Assembly: GCF_041956535.1 (NCBI RefSeq)
Contig: NW_027192221.1
Location: 150,397 to 201,413, forward strand
Source: Calcarisporiella thermophila CBS 279.70
Lineage: Eukaryota; Fungi; Calcarisporiellomycota
Direction of reading: 5' to 3'
Length of the DNA: 51,017 nt
The translations under genes and the position numbers were made by a program. The notes below the pieces were generated by a model. That model had not been told where the DNA came from. It was given only the letters and a program-made list of their open reading frames with translations, and did not search any database. Position 1 is the stretch's first letter, and each line of letters opens with the position of its first letter. Shown one piece after another: positions 22,055 through 35,095 of the stretch.

Positions 22055-22698
22055 TAAACGTGGTTATATGAATAAATAAGAGCTCATCGATAATTCCAGA
22101 TCGCCGCTGATTAATTTTGACTTCGAATTTCGGGCCCATATTCTGACATAAATGCTTGTCATTCGAAAACGTAATTATGGTCAATTGACTCTTGCACAAG
22201 CCATTGTAATATAATCCTTTCAACCAAATCTTTATATCCGGTGTATAAAGAAAGGGAAGGATCTTTGTGCATTATGCATTATCAAGAGTTGCCAATACTG
22301 GATTCCATCGACATATTGGATATGCTTTTAATCCGAGTAACTGAAAATACCTAATGCTGACAAACTTCTCATAGTACCATCATCACAAGGTAAAATTGAA
22401 AATATGTAAATATATTTATATGTATTGCTATTCTCTTGATTCAACTGAGGCTACTACAGAATAATCAATTATTTGGCTATATGTGGGCTTATAATCTAGT
22501 CTAATGGCAAATATGTCTTATATATGCTGATATATTTGCGTTATTCTTTTAAAAAAATTTTAAGCCTGTCTACTACGTAAGTTCGCCTTGGTTGCGGGCA
22601 GGCAAATTCACCACAATTTTCTGTGGGACGCGTTTTCGATATCATCTCACCTCTAATTGCAAAACAACATCTGGATAAAAAAGAAAATAGAAGCAATA

Positions 22699-23865
22699 AT
22701 GGCAGAGGCTGATGAACTTTTTATTCTGCGCAATCTCTTTGCACTTGGTGCCTATCAATCTCTCATTAATGAAGTAGCTTCGTCCATACGCTCCAATACT
22801 CTCTCGGACCAAGGCCGTCTAGAGGCACAGTCATTCCTCTACCGTGCCCAAATTGCTCAGGGGAAGTATGAAAACGTACTGCGCGACATCAGAGCTGATG
22901 CACCTCCTGAATTGCAATCTATAAAACTTTTGGCAAAATATCTCAGTGCTCGTGGGAAGGGAGATAAGCAAGGAATGGACAAATCGAGGGAAGATGTTGG
23001 TGAAATGGCAAGAGAATCGATGAGTCCGATTGTGTTGGTTGTTGCAGCAACTACCTATGTGTGCGATGGATTGGTGGAGGAAGCTCTGAAGTTTGTAGTG
23101 AAATGTCCACGGAATTTGGAATGGTAAAATTGCTCGATTTACTAGAGTTTTCTGAAAATAATATTCATAAAACTGGGTAATTAGTGCGGCCTTCCGCGTT
23201 CAGATCTATCTGCACATTGACCGGTTAGACTTGGCTCGTAAAGAGATCTCGCTTGTGAAAACGTGGGCAGAGGATGCTACCCTTGCACAATTAATGGAAG
23301 CATGGGTTGATCTCCGATCTGTAAGCTCAAATTCTATACTTGATGGGTACAACAATATTCTAAATCAGCTTTCAACACTAGGGAGGCGATCGTTATCAGG
23401 AAGCTTTCTACATTTTCGAAGAGTTTGGACAATCTGTATCATCACATACTTTGAAAGTTCTAAATGGTCAGGCAGTGTGCAATATTGCGCTGGGTCGATA
23501 CCCAGAAGCTGAGAGTGTCCTTCTTGAAGCTTTGCAAAAGGTAGGATTGTGCACGTATAATGGCCTTCATTATCTCATTTGCTTGATTTCTTACTGAACT
23601 ATAGGATAGTGACGACCCGGAGACATTGGTCAACCTTATTGCATGCTCGACTCTCGCAGCGAAGCCTGCAGAAGTCATTAACCGTTATATGACGTAAGGT
23701 TCTTTCAAGAAATCCCCGAGCTCTTTTTTTTGATACACTGTTTCCATCGTTTTATTATTATATAGTCAACTTCGTGAGGTTGCACCAAGTCACCCCTTCC
23801 TCCTAGATCTAGATCAGAAAGAGGCTGCCTTTGACCGAGCTGCCCAACGCTATGGCATTGCTTAG
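22699..23865 (+). CDS. SEC28: Coatomer subunit epsilon (5 exons)
   Basis: MAEADELFILRNLFALGAYQ, RLDLARKE, AEDATLAQLMEAW, YQEAFYIFEE and HPFLLDLDQKEAAFDRA match the epsilon-COP pattern. Introns are GT-AG. Confidence 0.9.
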
Positions 23866-24122
23866 ATATGTTTTTTTTCGTGTATTTGTTGTTCTCGTTT
23901 TCAGGTTGCTATTATTTTAACAAATTGGGCACATTTCTATTTTCTATCCCTTAACCCTATTAAATAATGGGTACCGGAGTCGTTAAAATGCAGGGAAATG
24001 CGTTTGATAAAAAGGATTGGGGTGGGATACCGATTTGGAGAAGAAAAAATCTTGGAAAATAGTAAAATTCGGCCAAAAAATTAAGGCTAGCACGACAAAA
24101 CTGATACTATTAGACATAGGAA

Positions 24123-26438
24123 ATGGATCCCCACACAATAAATGAAATATCCAAAACTCTCACTAAGAGATTCATAGACATATACCATCCGAATAATACA
24201 TCCATTTCTTCCTCCACTGCATCCGATGTTGACGTTAAGGAATTAGCTCGCATCCTCGATACGCTGCTTACAAATTCCCCTCCAATAAATACTCCAAGGC
24301 ATAGAGAAGCTTTTTTAAACCAGCTGAGAGATCGAAGCAAGCGTGTTCTTAAGTATGAGGATCGTGAGCTTTTGGTAAATTAATTTTGTCTTCAATCGAG
24401 TCAATCGTGGAGTCGTAATCTTCCTAATTTCTACTGTATGTACTAAGGATGAGGTGATTGGTTATATCCCCCTCGATGAATTATATACTGAAGCAGAAAG
24501 AGATGACAGTCTTTCACTAGAGGATGCTGTTGTCAAGCGACTTGTTTTGTGGTTTCACGGGTTTTTCAAATGGGTCAATTGCCCGCAATGCGATTGTGGT
24601 GTAAGTGATATTTAAAGTTTATGGAGGCATAATAAACTTGTAAACTAACTTTTATCGTTTCACTGGAAGGGTTCGACGCGTTCTCTGGGCAATACAGAGC
24701 CAACCGATGAGGAATTGCGGTATGAGGCGTATAATGTAGAATTATATGAGTGTACGTCGTGTGGACAAGTCAATCGATTTCCCCGTTATGAGTGAGCCTT
24801 GACGCATGTATTTCCAAGAATTAACACATAAGCTAAAGGATTTCTCTAGGGATCCGCGAAAACTTTTAGACCCTTCACACCGGAGAGGAAGATGTGGAGA
24901 ATGGGCCAATGTAGGTGGTGATTGCAGAGACTTTCATATTGAAAGAGGTGTAACTCCGTATAATATTTCCCTAGTGTTTTACGCTATGCTGCCGTGCTAT
25001 GGGCTATGATGCACGTTACATTCTTGATACAACAGATCATGTATGGACCGAAGTATGGAGTGAAAATCTTGGCCGTTGGGTTCATTGCGACCCCTGTGAG
25101 CCAGCATTTGACAAGCCGCTACTTTATACTCTTGGATGGAAAAAGAAAATTGCTTATTGTATCGCACTTTCTGCCGATGAAGTCGTCGATGTCACACGAA
25201 GATACACATGTGATTTTGAAGAGGAAGTGCTCCCCCGTCGTTATCTCATGCCTGAAGTGGAGTTAAAAGAGGTAATCATACAGGGTCGAGTGTTGTTTGA
25301 GTTCACGATAAATGGTTTATGTGCTGGTAGACTTTGGAAAGATTGTCACTTTCGCTCCAACAAAATTTGGACGATGTGCGGAGGGAACAAGTTCGCCAAA
25401 GATCAGTGAAAGAAGAAGAGGAGCTGATATCATTTGCAGCCAATCAGCGCACCACAACGTTGGAGGAAATGCAAGGACGAAAGAGTGGTTCACTGAACTG
25501 GCGTGTGTCGCGCGGCGAGGTTGGAGAGGAATCGGGTGAAATACAAAGTATATTTGCTTTTAATATAGCGCGCAGATATATCACATTTTGACCAGCGCAC
25601 GTTTTACTAATTAAGACTATTTATATATAATTAGTTGGAAATGTCCTATTTGAATCTTCTGACGAGTTAATTTCTGTTGGGGATACTCAAGTCTTCCCGC
25701 AGACTAGCACGACACCTCCCACCATTCGTCTCACCGATGCAATCCCAGGACAACTGAGCGCGGTTTACTTTCGCAGAAAAATCGACCTCTCCCGTGGCTT
25801 TGTGTGCGATTTTACTCTCCGCATTACGGACCGACATGGAAACCCCGCTCAAGGAGGAGCCGAAGGTCTGGCCATGGTGATTCAGAGCCAAAGAGAGGAT
25901 GCAATAGGGGAAGGCGGATGCGGAATGGGATACGCGGGAATTGCTAAGAGTTTGGCTGTGGAGTTTGATACGTATGAAAAGTAAATAGCTTCGACAAAAG
26001 TGCGTAAATTCACTTTCATTAGTGAAATCTAACCTTACTATGCCTTTTCTCTCCTCCTATAGTTTAGATAGATGTGACGATCCGTCTTCAAATCATATAT
26101 CGATACATGGTCGCTTACCCCCGCATGCAAACTCAGCACATCACTCTTTCTCCTTAGCTTGTACATCTAGGCTTCCACCTTTGACACAATGCCCATATGC
26201 AGTTCGCATAGCCTACTTGCCCTGGAGCCAAACGATTATTGTATGTCTAACGGACATACATGACGATCAAGCGCAGAGATTCGTGGAGGTTTTGAGGGCG
26301 AGAGTTGAAATAGAAAAGTATTGTGGCGGCACAGACGCGTGGATAGGGTTTACATCGAGCTGCGGGGCCTTGAGTCAGCGACATGAAATTTTAAATTGGA
26401 AACTCTGGGAGACAAAGAGGGTAGAAAAAATGAACTAG
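24123..26438 (+). CDS. PNG1: Peptide:N-glycanase (transglutaminase-like core) with C-terminal L-type (legume/ConA-like) lectin domain, 8 exons
   Basis: Zn-binding CPQC and CTSC, catalytic motifs [18 protein letters not shown] and WVHCDPCE, and core end motif [16 protein letters not shown] phase-1 intron (25536 or 25548 to 25634) then leads in frame into [44 protein letters not shown] and HEILNW. Confidence 0.88.
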
Positions 26439-26673
26439 CCTAATGGCTCGAAGCTAGCTATTAGTATTGTTGTATTGCAGTTTCTTGGGAAGGACCACTA
26501 GACGTCGATTTGCTCTATTCCGTTCACTTATCAACTTCATAGAGAAGAGGAACTGGTAATTGTTTAAATATTCCACTAAAATATTCATCAATGCGTCCAA
26601 TCATATAAAAAAGCCTCAATAGTTTAATCTAAGATACGCGTTTTCTCTTCTTTTTCTAAGCAAATTTCATTAT

Positions 26674-27300
26674 ATGATGAGTAAACAACTATTCAAAAGT
26701 AGATTCTCAATTACAAGGCGTCAGTCAAAGCCAGTACAAGGAATTTTATTAAAAGATGCTCTTTATCAACGAATTCAGACTAGACTCGAGCACATTCTCA
26801 TGCAATTTAATTTGATAATAGCGCACTTGAATCGGATTCAATCGCCTGCACGTTTGAGAGCACGCATTTCTAAATACTTGTCATCAAATCTGCATAAACT
26901 GCGTAATCGACTCCGCATTATCAATGCATCTCTTCAACTCATTCGTAACCCTCGCTCTCATCCAATACCACAACCTGCTCCAGTATACACTTATCAAGTT
27001 GGGATAATACAATTTCACTTCAACAGCGACCTTTTTGGATTCGCTCGGTTATTTGGTTATATCAGAGACATTCATGCACGACATATTACATTTCTTGAAC
27101 AGCGACATGCTGCATTAGTTGTTCTGGTGCTCGTCTGGGAACTTACATTGGTTAGTGTCCTGGTTTGGTGCCTCGGGTTAGGAATTACAGTATTGGGACG
27201 CGCTGTAGGCATCCTGGAGCTGGCAGCAAAGTTGGTGGATGACGGGTCGCGCGGATTTATACGGGGAGTGAGTTGTATAGCGCGCTGGCTATTCCGTTGA
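26674..27300 (+). CDS. Orphan ORF (208 aa), basic, with C-terminal hydrophobic segment
   Basis: An uninterrupted ATG-TGA 627-nt ORF in AT-rich intergenic DNA that does not shadow a minus-strand gene. No family recognised. Confidence 0.3.
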   Translation: MMSKQLFKSRFSITRRQSKPVQGILLKDALYQRIQTRLEHILMQFNLIIAHLNRIQSPARLRARISKYLSSNLHKLRNRLRIINASLQLIRNPRSHPIPQPAPVYTYQVGIIQFHFNSDLFGFARLFGYIRDIHARHITFLEQRHAALVVLVLVWELTLVSVLVWCLGLGITVLGRAVGILELAAKLVDDGSRGFIRGVSCIARWLFR

Positions 27301-28150
27301 TGGATCGTATTTCGTTGTTACTATAGACTTTGTAAATCAATTGTAATGTTAAACATATCTATATCTTGTACATCTATATCTTAAAATTTCTCTAGCCGAG
27401 TTGATCCCTCCCCCCATTCACCGGCGAATTCTCGATGTATAACCCATTTTGTATGTATATTTCAATGTAATTTCAGAGTTGGATAACCTAATTAGTATCT
27501 GGAAATAAGGATATCTGATCTAAACCTATTCTACATAATTGCTCCAATTCTGATGAGCCTAAGATAAGACTTCGGGATCATATATTATCCAAATAAAAGG
27601 ACAACTCCATAAGTTTGTAAACACGTAAAAGACGCGTCATCCGTTCGATTATTTATTTGACAACCGTGAAGAAGCAATCCTTGTTATCATTAACTTTGTG
27701 CGATCGCGCCCGTATAACGTCGGATAAGCTTGGCGTGGTGTCACGGTTTTGCACCTAGAAAAGCATGGTCAGCTGAAGAGCAGCCTGGAAAAAAGCTTTC
27801 GGCTCGCCCATCGCTTGTGCGTAAAGAGATGTGTGGCTGGATTTTCCACGAAGCTTTCCAACCCCCCTGACGAATATCTCTTCCGTGGGGGAAATACTCC
27901 CCGAACACTCTGCTCCGCAAAAATACAAATAGAGATTGCGTAATTCTTTTAAGATTTAAACTCACCATTTCCTCCACCGAGCCCACTTTCTCCGAGAACA
28001 AAAGCAAAGGAAACCTTTATAGCCCTGGCTTCCTCTAGTAAATCAAATCCCCATCACAATCAAAGAGACAATTCTTTTCGGACTCTCTTCTTCTTTATAT
28101 TTCCCATCCTTTTCATTCTCGTTGCCTTCCTGTGGCCATACTCGACACTG

Positions 28151-31073
28151 ATGTCTGATTCTAAGGAAACGAGGGTTGTCTTGCCCACCAATGTGCGCCC
28201 CACTCACTACACTATCAAGCTGACCCCTGACGTTGAGAAGTTCACTTTCACGGGCGAGCAAACAGTGGAGTATGTGCAAATCTCTAATTCTCCCGCTTCA
28301 TCATTTCTATTATCTTATTGACGCCATCTTTAATTTTTTTTCGCGTCCTTTTTTCGCGTCCATTTAGACTTGAGGTCAATCAAGATACGACGCAGATCGT
28401 CCTCAATTCTCATGAGCTTAATGTCCAGTCTGCTTCTATTTCCAACATTGCGGTAAAATCATCTCAAAGGTATTGTACTCGCCTCTTTCTTGGTTTTTCT
28501 CACGTGCGTGATACCAACCTTGTTTTAACACAGTCAGCAGGTGACAAAAATCGAACACGATGAGAAAAAGGAGACAGTGACACTGACGCTTGCGCAAGCG
28601 CTGCCCGCTGGATCCAAGGCCGCTCTGCATATGCAGTTCACTGGAGAGCTGAACGATAAGATGGCTGGTTTCTATCGTTCCTCGTACAAGGACGCGCAGG
28701 GTGAGACTAAGTGGGTGACAACACAATGTAGCCTAGTTTCTCTGAGTGTGAATTAAAATAAGATGCTAATGATAGATATATGGCCACCACCCAATTCGAG
28801 GCCACCGACGCGCGTCGGGCCTTCCCATGCTGGGACGAGGTGAGGATGATGAGTGGGCTGAAATGCATACGAATCTCTCTAACATGTTTCTTCAACGACA
28901 ATACGTGTAGCCCGCACTCAAGGCCACCTTCGACGTCACGCTTGTGGTCAAAGAGCATCTTACCGCGCTCTCCAACATGAACGTGATCTCGGAAACCAAG
29001 GCCAACGGCTTCAAAGAAGTCAAGTTTGCGCGCACCCCTATCATGAGCACCTACCTTATAGCGTTTGTGGTCGGTGAATTAGAGTACATTGAGGAGACCA
29101 CCTCGGGCGAACACAACAACGGCACACCTATCCTGTGCCGTGTTTATACCCCGCCTGGACTGAAGGAACAGGGCCGGTTCTCCTTGGGCGTTGGCTCGAA
29201 ATCACTCGAGTTGTTTGCCCAGGTCTTTGGTCAGCCCTACCCTCTACCTAAGTATGACATGGTGGCCATCCCAGACTTTGAGGCGGGCGCAATGGAAAAC
29301 TGGGGATTAGTCACCTTCAGACTCAACGCCATCCTCTTCGATGAGAAGACTTCAGATGCTCGGCAGAAACAGCGCATCGCGTACACCGTGTGCCATGAGG
29401 CGGCCCACCAGTGGTTTGGCAACTTGGTCACCATGGAGTGGTGGAGCGAGCTCTGGCTTAATGAAGGGTTTGCCACATGGGTCGGCTGGTTCGCCGTCGA
29501 CAAGATCTTCCCCGACTGGGATATCTGGACCCAGTTTATCATGGACGAGCTGCAGAGCGGCCTGCGGCTTGATGCCCTCCGCTCCTCCCATCCGATCGAG
29601 GTCCCCGTGCGCGATCCGGCCGAAATCCACCAGATCTTTGACATGATCTCGTATGCCAAGGGCGGGTCTGTGATTCGCATGCTGAGCGGGTGGATGGGCG
29701 TCGATGTCTTCCTTGCCGGCATTCGTCGATACCTGAAGCGCCACGCATACGGAAATGCATCGACTATGGATCTTTGGAAGGCGCTCAGCGAGGAGTCCGG
29801 AAACGATGTCGGAGAATTCATGACCCTGTGGACCAAACAGGTGGGCCACCCTGTGCTTACCGTCACGGTGCCCAAGGCGGGCGAGATCCACGTGCGTCAG
29901 AATCGCTTCTTGTCGACCGGGGATGTGAAGCCCGAGGATGACCAGAATCTTTGGTGGGTGCCGCTCTCGTTGATCACTGATAACGGGGAGGTCACCAAAT
30001 ACACCCTCACGGAGCGCGAGTCCACCTTCAAGCTGCCCGGCCAACCCACCTGGTTCAAACTCAACCACTACCACACCGGTGTCTATCGTGTGCTCTACAC
30101 TCCGGAGCACATCGCTAACCTTGGTAAGATAGTACACACGCTCCAGACCGGAGACCGCGTCGGCTTGGTTGCTGATACGGGCTCTCTCGCGGTGAGCGGC
30201 TACACCAAGACGAGCGCATTTTTGGACTTGTTGCGTTGCTACGAAAACGAGGACAAATACATCGTGTGGCAGGAGATCGCCACTCGCCTGCAGACCCTTG
30301 GAATGGTGTTTTCAGAGCAGGAGGAGGAGGTGCAGGAGGCGCTGCGCTCCTTCCAGCGGCAGTTGTATTCCAAGCTGGCTAAACAGCTCGGATGGGAGTA
30401 CCCCGAGGGAGAGGACTACTTAACCACCCTGCTCAGAACCTTGGTGCTGCGTCATGCGGGTCGCTCCGGAGTTCCCGAGGTGGTGGCCGAGGCCAAGCGG
30501 CGTTTCGAACTCTTTGCGCACAAGAACGACACATCTGCGCTGCACCCGAATGCTCGCTCTCTCACCTACGAGATTGTGGTCCTACACGGAGGGCAGACCG
30601 AGTTCGATGCCGTTTTGAAGATCTTCCGTGAAACGGAGACGGTGGATCAGAAGCTGGGTGCGCTGCAGGCCCTCGGGTTCACACGCAAGGAAGATCTGAT
30701 CAAGCGCGTGATGGAACTTAGTATCAGTGATGAGGTGAAGCCGCAGGATATCATCTATGCTCTCCCGGCCATTGCGTCCAGTGGCAAGGGTCGTTACCTC
30801 CTCTGGCAATTTGTCCAGGACAACTGGAACCTCTTCTGCGAGCGCTATAGCCGCTCTCTGAATCTACTCGGGCTGATCGTCAAGACATCCACCTCGACGT
30901 TCTCGTCCGAGGCGATGCTCAAGGAGATCGAACGGTTCTTCGCCGATAAGGATACGAAAGATTTCGCGCGACCCCTTGAGCAAAGTCTTGAGACTATCCG
31001 GGTAAGCGCACAATGGCTTGAACGTGATCGCGAGGATGTGGTGAGCTGGCTGCAGTCGAAAGGTTTCTTTTGA
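28151..31073 (+). CDS. APE2: M1 family aminopeptidase (Ape2/puromycin-sensitive type), introns clustered at 5' end
   Basis: [50 protein letters not shown]...WLNE (HExxH-x18-E) and ISYAKG, followed by an ERAP1-like C-terminal domain. Confidence 0.95.
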
Positions 31074-32209
31074 GGTGTAGGTGAAGCCGGATAAAATGAG
31101 AAGCATTTTCATCGGATGAATGTGGGCAGGGGATGGCCAAGAGATTGAAGATGACTTGCGATTTTTTTTTTTCTTTCCTTGCTTAACAAAATAAAATGAA
31201 GCCTTCAATTTTTTTTTGTAATGGTAATATTGTAATGGTTCTAGTAATAGCAATTACTTTTTTTGAAACGGAAGTCTCAAACAAGTAAAGAGGCTAGTAG
31301 GTTAGGAAGAGGTATTGGGCAGCTTGGTAACAGATCTTTTGTTATAGAACCCATATCGGGCAGTTTATCCTCCCTTGTTTAGAAATAGAGTTAATGAACG
31401 GTTTCAATTCCTAGCATTACTAGGCAAATTCATTTAAAGCCGACCTTCTCAAGCTCGTCATCAATTTAGAGCGTGATATAATCCTAGAAATTTCAAGCCT
31501 CGATTCCTCTCTATGGCAAAGATGGAAACGAAAACGGACGCTCGGCTCACGCATTCTCTGCATAACCCTATCCGCATGGGAGGAGGTGAGCATCTCTGCA
31601 AATGCAGTGTGAACCTGAGTGGTGATGGAGTGGTGGGTTGGCACCGTCTGTGGGGTCGCAGTCCTAACCGTACCGCCATTGCGCATATGAACCGGTCCAT
31701 CCAGAACGGCAGTGGCTAACCGTCGTGAGAAGCATCGGTTACTCCCAAAAGATATACAAGAGGTAGGCTAGATGACGCCAGATAGCTAAACTGAAGATAC
31801 TAGAAGCACGTATTCACCTAACATCTCTTCCTAAAATGACTCTTATGGGCGCAAATCCTAAGTTCAATACCATAATTGAGACTAGACAAAAGAAAATGAG
31901 AGGGAGAAAAAAATAAAGAGAGCATTCATACTATTTTAATAAACTTGAAACTGTCAATGAGCAATCCGAATTTTACGGGCGAAGATCTGCAGTGAATTGC
32001 AAATAGCCGTCTGGCCCCCTCCGAAAAAAGGGCTTATGCCTGGTTGGTGCGTGTGATGGAGGCCTAGGGATGGGGGGAGGGGGGAGAATGTCTGAGTACC
32101 TGCGAAAGGATATTCTTTCGGAAATGATTAACGGATAGCCAACAGAAAGTTAGATCGATTTATTCTTTATAGAGTAACGGTGGCGTCCCTATGCTTTTTC
32201 GCGTGAAAC

Positions 32210-32217
32210 TATATAAG
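32210..32217 (+). promoter_or_regulatory. TATA box of the C2H2 gene
   Basis: TATATAAG ~100 bp upstream of the ATG at 32310, which has an AAAATG context. Confidence 0.4.
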
Positions 32218-32309
32218 AGGCAGATTCCATATCACAATATCCATTAGAGCTCTCTAGTAACCACCCTCTGACGATACCAACCCTCACTCTCCTTAACGAA
32301 TTCAACAAA

Positions 32310-32836
<527 letters not shown>

Positions 32837-33388
32837 CCTCCAGGAAAGCATGTCGATATCTTTTCGTTTCTTTTTTGCCTGAACCACTTCAGACTATTCA
32901 ACACGTTCTGTTTAATAATCACTATGGGAGAGGAATTCAAGACTTTGTAAAAACTACGGGTGAACCTTTTTTACTTTGGACCATTTTCCAAAATTTCTTC
33001 AAAATAAACTTTCTACTAAAGCGCCTCGCACATCCTTGGATGCTAAAGCGGCTATTTGTCGTTAAATTGGATTGAATCAATATTATCCATTTATCATATA
33101 TAGATTTATTACTTTCTAATTTTCTGCCGCTTCTATCCACCGGATGCGTGTGGTTGGGCATTGCAGAATTTCGCTTTTTGGCAAAAAGAAAGGAATAAGC
33201 CTAATCATGATAGAGCTGCCATAGTAAGATGAACAAGATTTAGCCACCTTCGAGCTGAACTTTTGCAACAAGTGAAATTAAATAGTCTTTATTCGTTAGT
33301 TTATATTTGTCTATTCATATCCATGGCGGTCATTAAGATTATTTTGCTCGCACCCTTAGTGCTATTATTCTATATGAATCGAGGAAGG

Positions 33389-35095
33389 CTACGCAGTCCC
33401 ATCCTCTTCCTTCCAAGCGTCTAATCCCGATTCCCTTGGCCCATTACCCTTAAACCAATATCCAGCATAGAATTCTGCATCCTCGACGTCTCCCATTGAC
33501 ACTCCGCTGATCACACTTTCCCGCATCGAAGTCTCACGTTCGCTCTTTTCAGTAGCCAACGGAAGTGACGATGGCTCGGCCTCCTCTTCTTCCGCATAAG
33601 TGACTTCTGGTGTTGGAGGAAGAGGAAGATTAGGGGGCTGCATTGTATGTTCCAGGATGGCCTTTGTATTCTCGGGCCGATCGGATGGCTGAGGTTGTGC
33701 CATAGAGGCTGAAATAGTTGAGGAGGCAATTGAAGCCCGAGGAGGCGGGAGAGTGGCCATTTGTTCAGGAGGCATGTCCGATGGCAAATATTGAATGGCA
33801 GTTGCTTCTTCAGTTCTCGAGGAATATTGAATTTCTGCGCAGCTATTAAAGTTGGTGGTTGGTGCAGCTAGTGGAGGAGGGGGAGAAGCTGGTGCATTGT
33901 ACTGTGGCAGTGAATAATCCGATGCTTTAATATCCACCGGATTGGGCACCGTAACGATCGGAAAGATTCTTGTATTATTGGACTGGACCGAATATTGTGA
34001 TTTGGGTTGCACCGTCGCTGAAGATTGTTCAATATCCGCGAAAATCATCGAAGAAGTGTACATTTCACCATTATCGTTCCAACCACGACCTCCATGGATG
34101 CCTCTGTCTTTCTTCCGCCATTTTCGTTGCATGACTTTTTGTATTCCAAAGCCCACTAGAGCGACCCCCACAAGCGATCCTATGACAATGACCGCGATCT
34201 TCCCTGCTTGCGAGAAGCCCGAGTCGCCATTGGCGCCTGGGACCTGTTGAACACACACACCATCAGAGCAGAGATTCGACTGGCACTGAGCGTCAGCAGT
34301 ACAGTACGATCCAAGAGATAGTTTCGGCTGACATACGAGGCTGATTCTGTCGCAATAGGATCCATCTGTTGGGCACTCTGTCGCAGAGTTGGGTGTACAC
34401 GACGCATTGGTGCCGCTTACAGTTGGAGAAGGAGAAACGACTGCAGCGGACGGGAGGAAGATGCCGGTCGGGAAAGTGCGAATACTCGAGCTGACCACCG
34501 CAGGGTTGGAGTTTGGAATTATGCCAGAGTTAGGGATGGGTTGTTGAGGCGATAGCGGCTGTTGTGGTTGTTGTGGTTGCGGTAATGAAGCAGGTGCGAG
34601 TGGAGGTTGTTGGGGTAGTTGCTCTGGCCTGGGCTGTGGTTGTGGGGGATTATTAATTGGTGGAGCAGGGTTGGGTGGTTGCGGTTGCGGTTGCGGTTGC
34701 GGTTGTGGTTGTGGTTGTGGTTGTGGTTGTGGTTGTGGTAGGGGTTGAGGTTGTGGCTGTGGTTGGGGTTGAGGTTCAGGCGGGTTGGGAGAGGGCTGAG
34801 GAGGCGGTGAGGGATTATTAGGGGGCGGAGCGGTGGGAGAAGGCTCCTTTGTCTCCTGAGGCGGTTGGGCCGGGGGGGTTGTAGTTTCTTTCTGATCCGT
34901 GGTCGGATTCTCAGGCGCAGTCGTAGCAGTGCCTGGGCCTGGCCCACCCGAAGGGGGCTTCTCAGGAGCGGTGGGAGGAGGACCAGTGTTAGTGTTGGGC
35001 GGAGGATTTTCAGTGACCTGCCTTGGTGTCCCGGTATTATCACCTACGCTGGTTGCCTCTGAGTTCCCTGTGGGAGAATTAGGTTGTGCGGACAT
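33389..35095 (-). CDS. Pro/Gln-rich single-pass membrane protein with 8-Cys juxtamembrane module (568 aa)
   Basis: ATG at 35095, preceded by a likely 5'UTR intron (GTGAGC at 35161 to CAG ending at 35097). Then a P/Q/T-rich stalk, CTP...CP...C...C...C...CQSNLCSDGVC, TM IAVIVIGSLVGVALVGFGI, a basic stop-transfer and a Pro-rich tail. Confidence 0.8.
   Translation of the reverse strand: MSAQPNSPTGNSEATSVGDNTGTPRQVTENPPPNTNTGPPPTAPEKPPSGGPGPGTATTAPENPTTDQKETTTPPAQPPQETKEPSPTAPPPNNPSPPPQPSPNPPEPQPQPQPQPQPLPQPQPQPQPQPQPQPQPQPQPPNPAPPINNPPQPQPRPEQLPQQPPLAPASLPQPQQPQQPLSPQQPIPNSGIIPNSNPAVVSSSIRTFPTGIFLPSAAVVSPSPTVSGTNASCTPNSATECPTDGSYCDRISLVCQPKLSLGSYCTADAQCQSNLCSDGVCVQQVPGANGDSGFSQAGKIAVIVIGSLVGVALVGFGIQKVMQRKWRKKDRGIHGGRGWNDNGEMYTSSMIFADIEQSSATVQPKSQYSVQSNNTRIFPIVTVPNPVDIKASDYSLPQYNAPASPPPPLAAPTTNFNSCAEIQYSSRTEEATAIQYLPSDMPPEQMATLPPPRASIASSTISASMAQPQPSDRPENTKAILEHTMQPPNLPLPPTPEVTYAEEEEAEPSSLPLATEKSERETSMRESVISGVSMGDVEDAEFYAGYWFKGNGPRESGLDAWKEEDGTA
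34677..34776 (-). repeat. Hexanucleotide (CCACAA/CCGCAA)n repeat encoding poly-(PQ)
   Basis: Plus strand reads (GGTTGC)n(GGTTGT)n and variants, in frame within the membrane protein. Confidence 0.9.

Noticed and set aside
26436-26501. Stop-codon readthrough giving a peroxisomal SKL after PNG1
   Set aside because: SKL occurs in frame but is not terminal (PNGSKLAIS...), and the stop context is not TGA-CTA.
27550-27600. CTGATGAG as a hammerhead ribozyme core
   Set aside because: There is no properly placed GAAA or supporting stems.
31420-32050. GC-richer intergenic island as a possible ncRNA (RNase P/MRP, telomerase RNA) or small ORF
   Set aside because: Only weak partial motif similarity was found. 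A covariance-model (Infernal/Rfam) search would be needed to support it.
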